In this document: positions 1-10,300 of the stretch, in pieces
Layout: each line of letters starts with the position of its first letter
How positions within the stretch are numbered: the first letter of the stretch is position 1
Assembly (NCBI GenBank): GCA_000388065.2
Contig: KB932211.1
Length of the DNA stretch: 14,967 nt
From: Fonticula alba ATCC 38817
Taxonomy: Eukaryota; Protista; Nucleariida
Reading direction: 5' to 3' (one strand)
Made by a program: the position numbers and the translations under genes
The notes under the pieces: generated by a model
What the model was told of the DNA's origin: nothing
What the model saw: the letters and a program-made list of their open reading frames with translations, nothing else
The model's database searches: none

Positions 1-71
1 ACACATTCCCTCTCGGCCGGTGAGGACGCCCCTACCAGCCGCCTGCATTTCGTGCGCCGCGAGGGACGACG

Positions 72-98
<27 letters not shown>
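72..98. repeat. (CA)n microsatellite
   Basis: Direct inspection; lies downstream of the uS2m stop codon. Confidence 0.95.
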
Positions 99-103
<5 letters not shown>

Positions 104-403
104 GACAACGACGCAAGCTCAGACAAGAGGCTGTATTCTATATATGGAGATATGAAGGGGAAAGGAGTGGGGAAAAGAAAAGGGAAGAAGGGGAGGAGGA
201 GGAGGAGGAGCGTGGCACCCTCTCGACGCAGCGCAACGCAATGGCGCACGCGCACAGGAGCATGCATATGCACACAGCAAGGAGGCGACGCCCCTCTTCT
301 CCCACCCTCACGAGCGCGCGACGGCAGCAGCACACACCACATATAGATATATGCACACGGGGATGCGCGCTCGCGCGCGCGCGCGTACACAACACGCACA
401 CAA

Positions 404-3400
404 TCACAGAATGCGACCGTTGACGTCGGCGGACATGCGGAAGGGCTTGGACGGGTTCATGACATAGGTGTCGATGAAGCTCTGGGCCAAGTCATTCACC
501 TGATCCGAGGGGTAGTGGTGGGTGTACAGGGCCACGCGCTTGGCGAACTCCGGCCGATGGAGGCGACCCGACTCGTTGACCAGCCCCTCGGCGAAGGCCT
601 CCAGGCTCATGACCGGGGCACCGTTGGCCGGGGCGGCGGCGGCGACCTCGGCCGCGGCCTTGTCCGCCTCCTCACGCCGGAAGACACCGGCCAGGCGGGC
701 CACATCCTCGGGCGAGGGCTCCGGCTGGAGACGACGCTCGGTGAGCCGGTGCGCCTCGGCCGGGTCGGTCTCATGGTAGAACTGCAGGCGCTTGGGCCGC
801 GGGGCATTCCGGTTGGGCGGCCGGTAGTTGTCCAGCTCCCGGGTCTTGGACTTGTCACGCGGGGCCAGCAGATGCGGCCTGGGGTCCATGTACGAGCCAT
901 GCTGGCCGATCACCCGGTCGGCCTGGTAGCTGAGCAGCGGCCGCAGGTAGGGGAAGGTCCGGATCAGGTCCGTGTCGACACCGAGCTCCCGATCGAACTT
1001 GGCCAGGGTCCCAGCCTGAGCATGGGCATCGACATTGTAGATGCGCGAGATCAGGTCGTGCGAGCCCTCCTCCAGATCGGTATGGTCGCCGGCGGAAATG
1101 CCACTCGGCTCGAAGGCCCGGCGCTCCTGCTCATTGATCAGCTCATCCTCCAGGACGGACTGGGCCAGGTTCTCCATGTGCGGCGGCAGCTCCAGCCGCC
1201 AGGCACCCTCCACATAGCGGAGCACGGCATTCGGCTTGGCCGGATCCACCGGCAGGCCGGCCATGCGCTCGAGATCCTTCGGCGCCGGGGCCAAGCCCAA
1301 GCGCCAGGTGCCCTCGCCACCGAGGCTGTCCCCGGCCGTGGCCCGATGAAGCAGGCCCAAACGCGACAGGACGTCCAGCGGAGACAGCGACCCGGAGGCG
1401 ACCACATCGCGGTCCAGATTCTCGAAGGCGATGTTGCAGTGGCGCACGGCCAGATCCAGGCGCACGCGCTCCAGCGGGCTGATCGCCAGCGGAGCCGGAG
1501 CCGCACCACGCGTGGGCGGCGGCGTCAGCGACACACCCTCACGCGCCATGATGGACTCCAGCGTGTCATACACGGCGGTACCCGGCCGGGCAGCCGCCGC
1601 CAGGCCCTTGGAGTTATCGGTATTCAGCTTGCCCTGCAGCCACCAGTCCGACCCGTAAACCATGTGCGTGGTTTGCAGGTTCTCCATGCCGATGTTGGGG
1701 TTCAGCAGATCCGGCATGACCCCCTCGCGCATGCGATACTCATCGCGCAGCACGTCGAACAGCTGCCCCGGGCGCGGGGTGGACCCAGCCTCGGTGGCCC
1801 CATCCGGCAGGAGGTTCAGCAGGCTGGCCAGGGTGCTCTCGCCCTGGCGGGCGTCCTGCTGCGTGAAGGATGCCCGCGCGAAGGCCTGCAGCTGGGGATC
1901 CGAGAAGTCCAACTCCCCGAGGATCTTGCGCCGGACCAAATCCGTCATAATGCGAATGAAGTGATCCAGCAGGACCGACTCCGACACGACCGGCGCATCG
2001 GGCGCATCACCGCCGGGCGTAATCGGCAGCAGCTCCTCCAGCGCGGGAACACCCTCATCGGCGGACTCCCCAGCATTGGCATCAGCACCATCGGCCGAGG
2101 CGGCCGACTGGCGCCGGTTGTGCCGGCGGCGCTGGTCAATCAGGGAGTTGGCGTACTCGGAGTTGGCAAGGCGCTCGTCCATCTTGAACTTGGCATACAC
2201 CTCCGGGCCGAGGGCCTTCTCCATGCGAGCCAGGGTGTCGGACAGGTCCACCTGGTCCGGCTTGGCATAGTACCCCATGTAGTGGGTGCAGTACGAGAGG
2301 AAGGCCTGCTCCTGGTGCGGCGCATCGGCCGGGATGCGCGCCATCGCGCGCTCAATTTGCTGGCTGTCCAGCAGCGACCCGGTCAGCGGGGGCAGCTGGT
2401 TGGTGAAGAAGTAGTGCAGCTGGTCCTGCGGGTCGAGCTGGACAAACTCCTCCAGCTGGTTGTACAACGAGCGCAGGGTGATGTCGATGTTGGTGGTGGC
2501 CGGGGTCAGGTCGGCGCAGGTGGCCGCCTCGCGCGCCAGCAACGGGTCACTGAGCACCGCGCCGGTGAAGGCCTTGACCAGCTCCGGCGTCACGCGCGCC
2601 GCATCCAGGTACTGGAAGATGTTCAGCATGACGCGGTACTGCACGTGGGAAATGGTGGGGGCCAGGCGCGTCAGCACCCGCAGGGCCTCCTGGCACCCGA
2701 CCGGCAGCGGGCCATCATGGCGGATGACATCCAGCACCGTGGCGTTGGGGGCCAGACCGCGGCGCAGGGCGGCCTGGCTGATGGGCGTGTTGATGGGAGT
2801 CCCGATGAGGCTGGCCTCCACCGGGAAGAGGTCCGCATACTGGTGGCGATCGGAGGACTGGGCGCCGGTCAGCAGGTGCGGGTTGAGACGCAGGTACTCG
2901 TCGGAAATGCGCATCGGCGAGTTGCTGCCAAGCAGGTACGGGTGCCCGAAGCGCTCCATACTGGCGATGTTGGCGAAGGACTGCGAGAACTCCGGCACAC
3001 GGCGGAAGCGGTTCAGGACCTTGGCCGTGCGGCTGGCCTGGATCACCGAGTCCAGGTAGAACTCCACCAGCGTGTGGGACCGGTCATTGGTGGGGACCGG
3101 GTAGGCGAACTGCTGGGGGTTGACGTCGGAGTTGCAGAAGGCTGGCGGGGGGGGGGGGGGGGNNNNNNNNNNNNNNNNNNNNNNNNNNNNNNNNNNNNNN
3201 NNNNNNNNNNNNNNNNNNNNNNNNNNNNNNNNNNNNNNNNNNNNNNNNNNNNNNNNNNNNNNNNNNNNNGGGGGGCGGAAGGAGAGGGCAGGACGGAGGA
3301 GGCACACATCAGGGGTCAGTCAAGCAGAAAAGGAGGACACCGCGGGGAGGGGGGGTGCCAAAAGAAAAACCAAAAAGGACCGCCGGAGCCACAGCAGCCA

Positions 3401-4451
3401 CGACGACGACAACGCACCAACAACCGGGATGTTCAGCAGACGGCACTCATTGAAGAGAGCCTCCTGGGAGTTGGGGTCGAAGACGACCACCGCATCCGGC
3501 AGGTGGTTGGGGTTCTCCAGGATAATCTGCCGGTTGGTCAGGGTACCGGGAATCCAGCGGTTGACCACGTAATAGAGCCCGGCCTCGCGGCACTTCTTGG
3601 TGATGAGCTCCTGCGGGATGATTCGGCAAGAGCGGGGCAAGGGGCGGTGTCGGGGCAACGGTCAGAGGCGCGCGAGGAGAGGCCAATCAATGGGAGGAGA
3701 GAGGAGGAAGGGGGAGGGGGGGGAGGGACGACGCGACCAGCGGCCCACGCACACGGTACAGCAGGTTGTTGCAGACAACCAGGATCTGGCCATTGAGGCG
3801 GGAAACCTCCTCGATGAAGGACAGAGCGCGGCGCAGATTCAGCAGAGTGTAGTCCAGGTTGAAGATGGTCCGGTTCTTGCGGGTACCCAGCACGTAGGGG
3901 CGGTTGTTGAAGTGCCAGGTGCTGCGCTCAAGGCCGCGGTGGGCCTTCAGCCGGAAGAGCGTGTTCAGGTTGATCAGGTGGTGCGCCGGCGAAGTGCCAA
4001 AGACGTGCATGCCCTTGAACTCGACCGTCCTGCCCTGTGTGCGCGTGTTGCGAGGGGGGATGGGCATGGAGGAGGTGAGCCGAGATGCGAATATGGTTAG
4101 AGTGGGTCGGTCATGCCGGGGGGGGGGGGGTGATAAGAGATACAAGGGAGGAGCAAGAGGGGCAATCAAAGGATTAGCCCAAAAAGATGGCGACGTGGAA
4201 GGGAGAGGGAGAGAAGGAAGATGGCTGGAGACACGCACCTGAGGCGGATTCTTCTTGTGCGAGACCTGGGACCGGGCCTGCTCGGTCACAGAGCCCAGGG
4301 TGAGCGGGACCGGCCGGCGCAGGCCCTTGTTGTTGGGGGAGGCGGTCGCAAAGTTCCGAGAAGACAGGGACGACACAGCGGCCAGCCTCTGAGTGGAGCT
4401 CAGGGGGTTGGTCGCAGGTCGGAGCGCCAGCTTGGAGAAGCTAGGCAGCAT
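404..4451 (-). CDS. MRPS2: Mitochondrial ribosomal protein uS2m with long C-terminal extension; join(complement(4239..4451, 3753..4034, 3418..3610, 404..3141)), 1141 aa
   Basis: Splicing at GT..AG junctions with matching phases (0,0,1) gives a continuous S2-family domain: LFRLKAHRG..WHFNNRPYVLGTRKNRTIFNLDYTLLNLRRAL, YYVVNRWIPGTLTN, LPDAVVVFDP, EALFNECRLLNIPVV|AFCNSDVNPQQFAYPVPTND. The segment between GTLTN and LPD is short, as in animal MRPS2. The N-terminus looks like a mitochondrial presequence. Exon lengths 213+282+193+2738 = 3426 nt. Confidence 0.9.
3142..3417 (-). other. Spliceosomal intron 3 of uS2m gene (contains N gap 3163-3269)
   Basis: Donor GTTG|GTGCGT, ACTGAC branch motif, poly-C tract, acceptor CGCCAG|CC; phase 1 restores IPVV-A-FCNSD. 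Confidence 0.85.
3611..3752 (-). other. Spliceosomal intron 2 of uS2m gene
   Basis: Donor CGT|GTGCGT, CTGAC branch motif, acceptor CCGCAG|GAG; removal joins NNLLYR to ELITKKC within the S2 domain. Confidence 0.85.
4035..4238 (-). other. Spliceosomal intron 1 of uS2m gene
   Basis: Donor CAG|GTGCGT, internal C-rich tract, CTAAC branch-like motif, acceptor ACACAG|GGC; phase 0. Confidence 0.8.
4340..4451 (-). other. Predicted mitochondrial targeting presequence
   Basis: MLPSFSKLALRPATNPLSSTQRLAAVSSLSSRNF-ATAS is rich in S/L/R/A, has no acidic residues, and has an R-x-F|A cleavage-like motif. Confidence 0.75.
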
Positions 4452-6286
4452 GACGACAGGTTGGTATCAATGCGTGATGGGCGCGCTGAACCGGAGAACG
4501 GGGAGGGGGGAGGACGGTGGGGGGGGGACCGGCGAGGTCAGTCGCGGCGGGAGGGGGAGGGGGCTTTGAGGGAGGAGGAAGAGGAGGAGGGGGAGCCACG
4601 CGGCAGCACGAGCCCAACAAGAACAAGGGAGTCGACCAAAGCAAGACGGGATCTGGCGGGCCGTGGAGCAGTGGCGCCCGGGCGGGTGAGCGCGAGCATG
4701 CACGCGCACGTGCGCGTGCGCGTGCGCTTCCGTGCACGAGCGCATACACACACATACACGCGCCGAAGAGATCCGCTGGCGAGAGGCAGGAAGAAGGGAA
4801 AACATAAACAGAGGGGAGGGGGGCGGAGAAGGCTGGCAGAAGAGCGAGGAGCAGAAGGCTGGCGGCGAGGGCGAGGAGGACAGCGGCAAGAGAGGCAAGG
4901 AAGGAGGGAGGAGATGGACAACCTAAAGTGACCAAACTGAGGCGATTTCCGGGGATATGCTATCCCCCCGGAGGGCAGCGCTTCTTGTTCTGTGCCCTCG
5001 AGCGCGGAGAGGCTCCTGCCTGGTGCCGGCTCCGGCCGGGGAGGAGAATGGGTCGCGTGCGTTGTGTGGCCCTCCGTGTCTGTGTGTGTGTCCCTCGGGC
5101 GCACACCGCGAGGCTGGGACGGAACCACGGGCCGGGGGAGGGGGAAGCCCAGCCCGCGCGTTCCCGGGCCCCGCCAATTTTCGCGCGCCAGTAGCTCCCA
5201 GCCACGCCGACACGCCACACGGAGGCCCTTCCGCGCCTGAACCGGCCAGGGCCGAACGGCCACAGAGCCCTGCCGCCCCGCCCGCACGCCGCCACCGCCC
5301 CCGCACAGCCGTTCACACACAGGGCCCGGCCCGGCGCGCCGGGCCCCTCTTCTACAGAGGGGGCCCCAAGCCTGACCACCATGCCCCGAACCGCGCCGCC
5401 GGATGCGGCCAGGGTTTTTTTAGTATTTTGCCCGGGATCGGTCGCCAGCACAGGGACCGTGAGTGGGCACTCTGGTGAGCATCTCTCGGCGGCGCGGACC
5501 GAGCGCCGGGCTTCTCCCGGTCCAGGACGCCAGGAGCCGGGCCTTCCACGGTGCACAGACCGACCAGACGGACAGACGCACACACCCATGCACACGGAGG
5601 AGACACAGCCGCGGACGCACACGCACACGTTCGGACACCGGCCCAGGCGGGGCGATGGCCGCCCAAATTGCAGACATTTGTGCCTGTGGCTGCATGGTAT
5701 TTGGCCGTGGGAACAGGCGGAACAGTGTTCGAGCATCAGCAGGGCCCGGGTCCACTCGCGTGATCCACCTCCTCACATGCCAATGGAAGTGCGTCGCGCT
5801 CGCCCCTCCGGGGCGGGCGGATCTCCCGATTGATCGGCAGAACGGCAGCGAGCCAGGCACCCGGGGAACTGGCCGGGGGACCGTCTCAAATACATCCTCC
5901 TGTGTGCGCGCGCTGCCATCCATATCCCGGCGCGCCCGGCGGCAGCACGCGAGCGGGGAATAAAAAGTGTCGATTAAATGGGCATCCACTAGCGCCAAAG
6001 CGCGGTGGTTATATCTATTTGGGGGATCGCCAGGGGGGGGGGGGGGCAGTTGCGCTGGGGAGGGAGGCATATCTAGCTGTCGGGGGCTTGGTGGCAAAAA
6101 GGAGAGAGAGAGAGAGGCAGCAAGAGTGGCAGCGGCAGCCGTATACGGGCCCATCTCACACATCTATACAGGCATCCATTTTAGATGGGGTGGCGCGCCA
6201 CACTCCAGCCTGCCCAATACCCATCTACCGGAGGAGGGGAGGGGAGGACAAAAGGAGCGACGGGAAGACCCATGCGCCTCGGCCCG

Positions 6287-7220
6287 TCACACCCCGAAGA
6301 CAATGGCCTTGGGAGAGAAGCCAAGACGCCCGACCTGGGAGTTGTGGAAGCCAATGGCCTCCTGCACCAGGTCCTTGTCGGCCAAGTTCAGCCGGTTGAT
6401 GGTCGGGTGGTTGATGCAATCGCGGATGATGGGAACCGCCCGAGTGACGATGATGTTTGAGCCGGTCTGCTGCGCGGGGACCAGCTCATGGACCACATTG
6501 CGCCCGGCCAGGAAGGCGGTGAAGCGCCCGGACGAGAAGACCTCCTGGCCGGCGGTCTTGATGGATGCCGGCTTGAAACGGTGGAACACATGGCTCATGA
6601 GGGCCTTGCGGATGTCACCGAGGGTGGGAGCGTCCGGCACCGGCACGGCGATGATGAACAACGAGAGGATGTCGAACACGATCAGGTGGTTCTGCCCGTG
6701 GCCCGAGGGCTCGGGCACACGGGACAGCCGATGCAGCCCGATGGCCAGGGCATGCATCGGATTGTCCGGCGTCCGGGTGGGGCCCTGTCGGGCCCCGGGC
6801 GAGGCCTGGCGCGCGGCACAATGGCCACACTCGCTGGTGACTTGGCGCACGATCGGCTTAAAGCCCCCCACGATGAAGAACCCGCGCATGATGCGTAGCA
6901 TGACCGCGATGCTGGGATGGTCCATGTGAGCATCGTGGTGCAGGAAGCGCACCAGCCTCTCGGTCCAGGCTGGCGGAATGACAAGTCGGTCGTCCTCCAG
7001 CAGGAACCCATCGACCATGTGGCCGCGGGAGCGCTGTGCATCCGGGATGTCCCTCTGCGCCTGGCGGATGAGAGTGTTTAGATCCAGTTTGCCGCTCGGC
7101 GGGCTGGCGGGGCTCTTGGCATCAAGCGGCGGGCTCTTTGAGCGGGATGATCCCGGAGGCGGGGGCTTTTGGGAGACCGGCGAGGCGAAAACCCGGGGGA
7201 CGCCGCCAGGCCGCTGTTGC

Positions 7221-7294
<74 letters not shown>

Positions 7295-7313
7295 TTGTTG
7301 TTGTTGTTGTTGT

Positions 7314-7344
<31 letters not shown>

Positions 7345-10300
7345 GCGACTGCGACTGCGGCTGCGACTGCGACGCCGCCTGCGACTGCGACTGCGGCTCC
7401 GACTGCGACTGCGGCGGCGACGGCGACTGCGGCTGCGACTGCGACTGCGGCTGCGACTGCTGCCCGTGATTGACACCGCCACGCGGGCCGGGGCAGGGCG
7501 CGGCCTCGGAGCTCGGGTCGACATCCATGTGGGTCGTGCCGAGGGGGGGCCCGTGCGGCGAGGCACACACCTCGGCACTGCCGAGCCCCGGGATGTACAG
7601 CCGGTCGTCCGGTGTCAAGTTCGAGTGCACGGTGGCCGGCATGCCGAGCCCGGTGGCCGGGAGGACCGTCTCCCCGGCACCAGCATCCCCGGGCCCGGCG
7701 AAATGGTGGTCCCCCAGCGGCACACCGACGATCTGGCCGCCGGTGCGCCGGCCACGAGTTGTCTCATCCAGCGTGGCCGCCAGCGACCCGTCCACCTGCC
7801 GGGTGAAGCAAATCCACCGGGGAATGCGCGACAGATAGTCGGCCGCCGGGTTGTCCTGGCCCGGGACGAAGACAATCTTGGCCAGGGGGAACTCCTCCAG
7901 CCGGGCAATCCACCGGGCCTTGCGCAGGCAAATGTACTGCTCCCGGCGCCAGGTGGAGATGGCCATGTTATCGGTGAAGATGGTGATGGGCAGGCCATTT
8001 TGCACATGCGGCGCCCAGTGCTCCAGGGCCATGATGATGCCGAGCATTTCCTTCTCGTGCACCGGGTAGGCCCGGTGCGCCGGCGGCAGGGCCTTGGAAA
8101 AGAATTCGATCGGGAAGCGCTCCAGCCGGTCGGTCCCCGGCACCGGGCGATACTGCAGCAGCACGGCCCCGACACAATCGCCCGACGCATCGGAATAGAT
8201 GTAGTACGGCTGGTCGATGGCCGGCGCGTGGATGGCACACGCGTCGGCAATCAGGTCCCTCACCGCGCGGAAGGCCTGCGTGGCTTGGGCCGTGGCCCGG
8301 AGCTTGCCGGTGGAATTCCCCCGGAGCAGCTGGTACAGCGGCTGGGCCAGGCGCGCATACTCCGGCAGCCAGGCCACCAGGAAGGAGGCATGGCCGAGGA
8401 AGCGCCGGAGCTCCGCCAGGCACCCGGGGAAGACCAATGCCCGGGCCTGCTGCACCCGCTGCTCGGTCAGGTCGATCTTGCCCTGCCCCATGACGAAGCC
8501 CAGGTACTCCACCTGGGCCAGGCCGAAGTGGCACTGGCCGAGGGCCAGCTCCGCATGGTGGGCATTCAGCCGGGACAGGACCTGGTGCACATGCTGGACA
8601 TGGTCGGCCTCCGAGGCGGAAAACACCACGATGTCCTCCATGAAGAAGGAGCAGAACCCCTCGCAAGGCTGGAGGATCTTGCCCAGCTCGGTGGCCAGCA
8701 CGAAGGCCGAGTGCGTCAAGCCGGCCGGCAGGCGCCGGTACCGATAGTACCGGCCCTGGAATTGGAAGACCAGCAACTGCCGCGATGCCTCATCCACCGG
8801 CACATGGTGGACCCCATGGGCCAGCCGCAGGGTGGTGAAGATCCGGCCGCTGGCCGCCCGCTGCAGCGGCGTATGGCCCACGGCCAGCGACATGCGATTC
8901 GGGCTCGGCACCACGGCATTCAAAGCACGAAGGTCCATGCATGGCTGGACCTGGCCACGGGCCGTGCTCACCATGATCAGCGAGGCCGCATGGGGGTCGG
9001 CCACGGTCGGCTCGATGACCCCGGCTGCCAGGACCTCCTGCAGCCAGGCCTCCACCTTGGGCCAGTGCATCACCGGCACCGGGATGTGCTCCGGCAGGTC
9101 GCGCTCCTTGGCCGAGTCCACCGGGATGACAAAGGGCGTCGTGTGGCGGAAGACCGGATACGCCGGCCGCTGGCGGAAGGCCTCCAGCAGCGGCTCCCAC
9201 GAGGGGTCCCGCATGTGGGCCCCGGTCAGCGGCCGCAGGCGTTCCCNNNNNNNNNNNNNNNNNNNNNNNNNNNNNGCGCTCCTTGGCCGAGTCCACCGGG
9301 ATGACAAAGGGCGTCGTGTGGCGGAAGACCGGATACGCCGGCCGCTGGCGGAAGGCCTCCAGCAGCGGCTCCCACGAGGGGTCCCGCATGTGGGCCCCGG
9401 TCAGCGGCCGCAGGCGTTCCATCCGCGGGGCAATGTCGAACTCGTAGTCCAGCGCGTCGTTGCGCCCGCGCGGCAGGAGGTCCTGGCCGCGTGGCTCCAG
9501 CGTGGCCGTGCCCTCCTTGGGCGGCTCATCGGCCGAGGCCAGCAGGTCCACCAGCCCGGGGACCAAATCCGCGAAAACCTCCGCCTCGAGCATGATATAC
9601 TCGTGTGCCACATCCAGCACCAGGGCCCGGACCGTGCGGCTGGCCCCGGATGGCCAGATCGGAAGAGCACACGCAGGTCCACCAGCCCGGGGACCAAATC
9701 CGCGAAAACCTCCGCCTCGAGCATGATATACTCGTGTGCCACATCCAGCACCAGGGCCCGGACCGTGCGGCTGGCCCCGGATGGCCGGTACACCGCGAAG
9801 GCGCACACATGCGTGGCATTGGACATGCGGCCGTCCAGGCCGCGGAAGCGTGTCAGCTGGCGCTCCAGCTGCAGCCCAAACCGGGCCACCATCCAGTACG
9901 GGATGACCGACACATCGGCCCCGGAATTGAACTTCATCCACACATTCCCATGGAAGGAGGTCCGGCGCCGGACCAGAAACCGCCCGCCCGAGGGGTGCGG
10001 GCTGGGATCCCCGCGCGCCGGGCCGGCCCCGGGCATGGACGAGGGGGGCATCTGCCCGCCGGGGGTGGGCCCGGGCCGGGGCCGCGGGGCATCGGCCGAA
10101 GGCCCCTCCTCCAGGCACATGTCCCCGTCCGGCGTCGTGGTGGTGGCGGGCCCGCCCACCGGCGGGCTGGCGGCGGGCGGCGAGTCCGGGGACGGCCAAT
10201 CGCTCGAGGCCGCCGCGAAGGGGCCCCCACCATCCGGCATCGGGTCGAACCCCTCGCTGGACATCGGCCCCAGGCCGCCGGCGGTGGGGTCGTCCCCGGC

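Noticed and set aside
419-3129. 11-bp repeat GTTGACGTCGG at 419-429 and 3119-3129
   Set aside because: Both copies encode D-V-N in the same frame; too short to be meaningful in GC-rich coding DNA.
515-3796. 1093-aa plus-strand ORF
   Set aside because: Antisense shadow of the GC3-biased uS2m exon 4. It has no recognisable motifs and runs through introns and an N gap.
4452-6286. Many 60-260-aa ORFs in this spacer and in 12128-13950
   Set aside because: R/G/P-rich translations of microsatellite and homopolymer sequence with no consistent codon bias or motifs; treated as intergenic or UTR.
6156-6292. Alternative last exon via GTGTGA donor (6292) and pyrimidine tract-TAG acceptor (6225), adding MGIGQAGVWRATPSKMDACIDV
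   Set aside because: The donor does not match the local GTGCGT pattern, the added codons lack GC3 bias, and no integrase C-terminal motif appears. Only RNA-seq could rescue it.
9400-9700. Programmed ribosomal frameshift between PR and RT
   Set aside because: The frame changes are fully explained by the duplicated blocks, and no slippery site is needed.
9542-9786. Direct repeats with a short spacer as a CRISPR-like unit, TSD or biological insertion
   Set aside because: The spacer is the Illumina adapter and the copies are identical, so this is a technical artefact.
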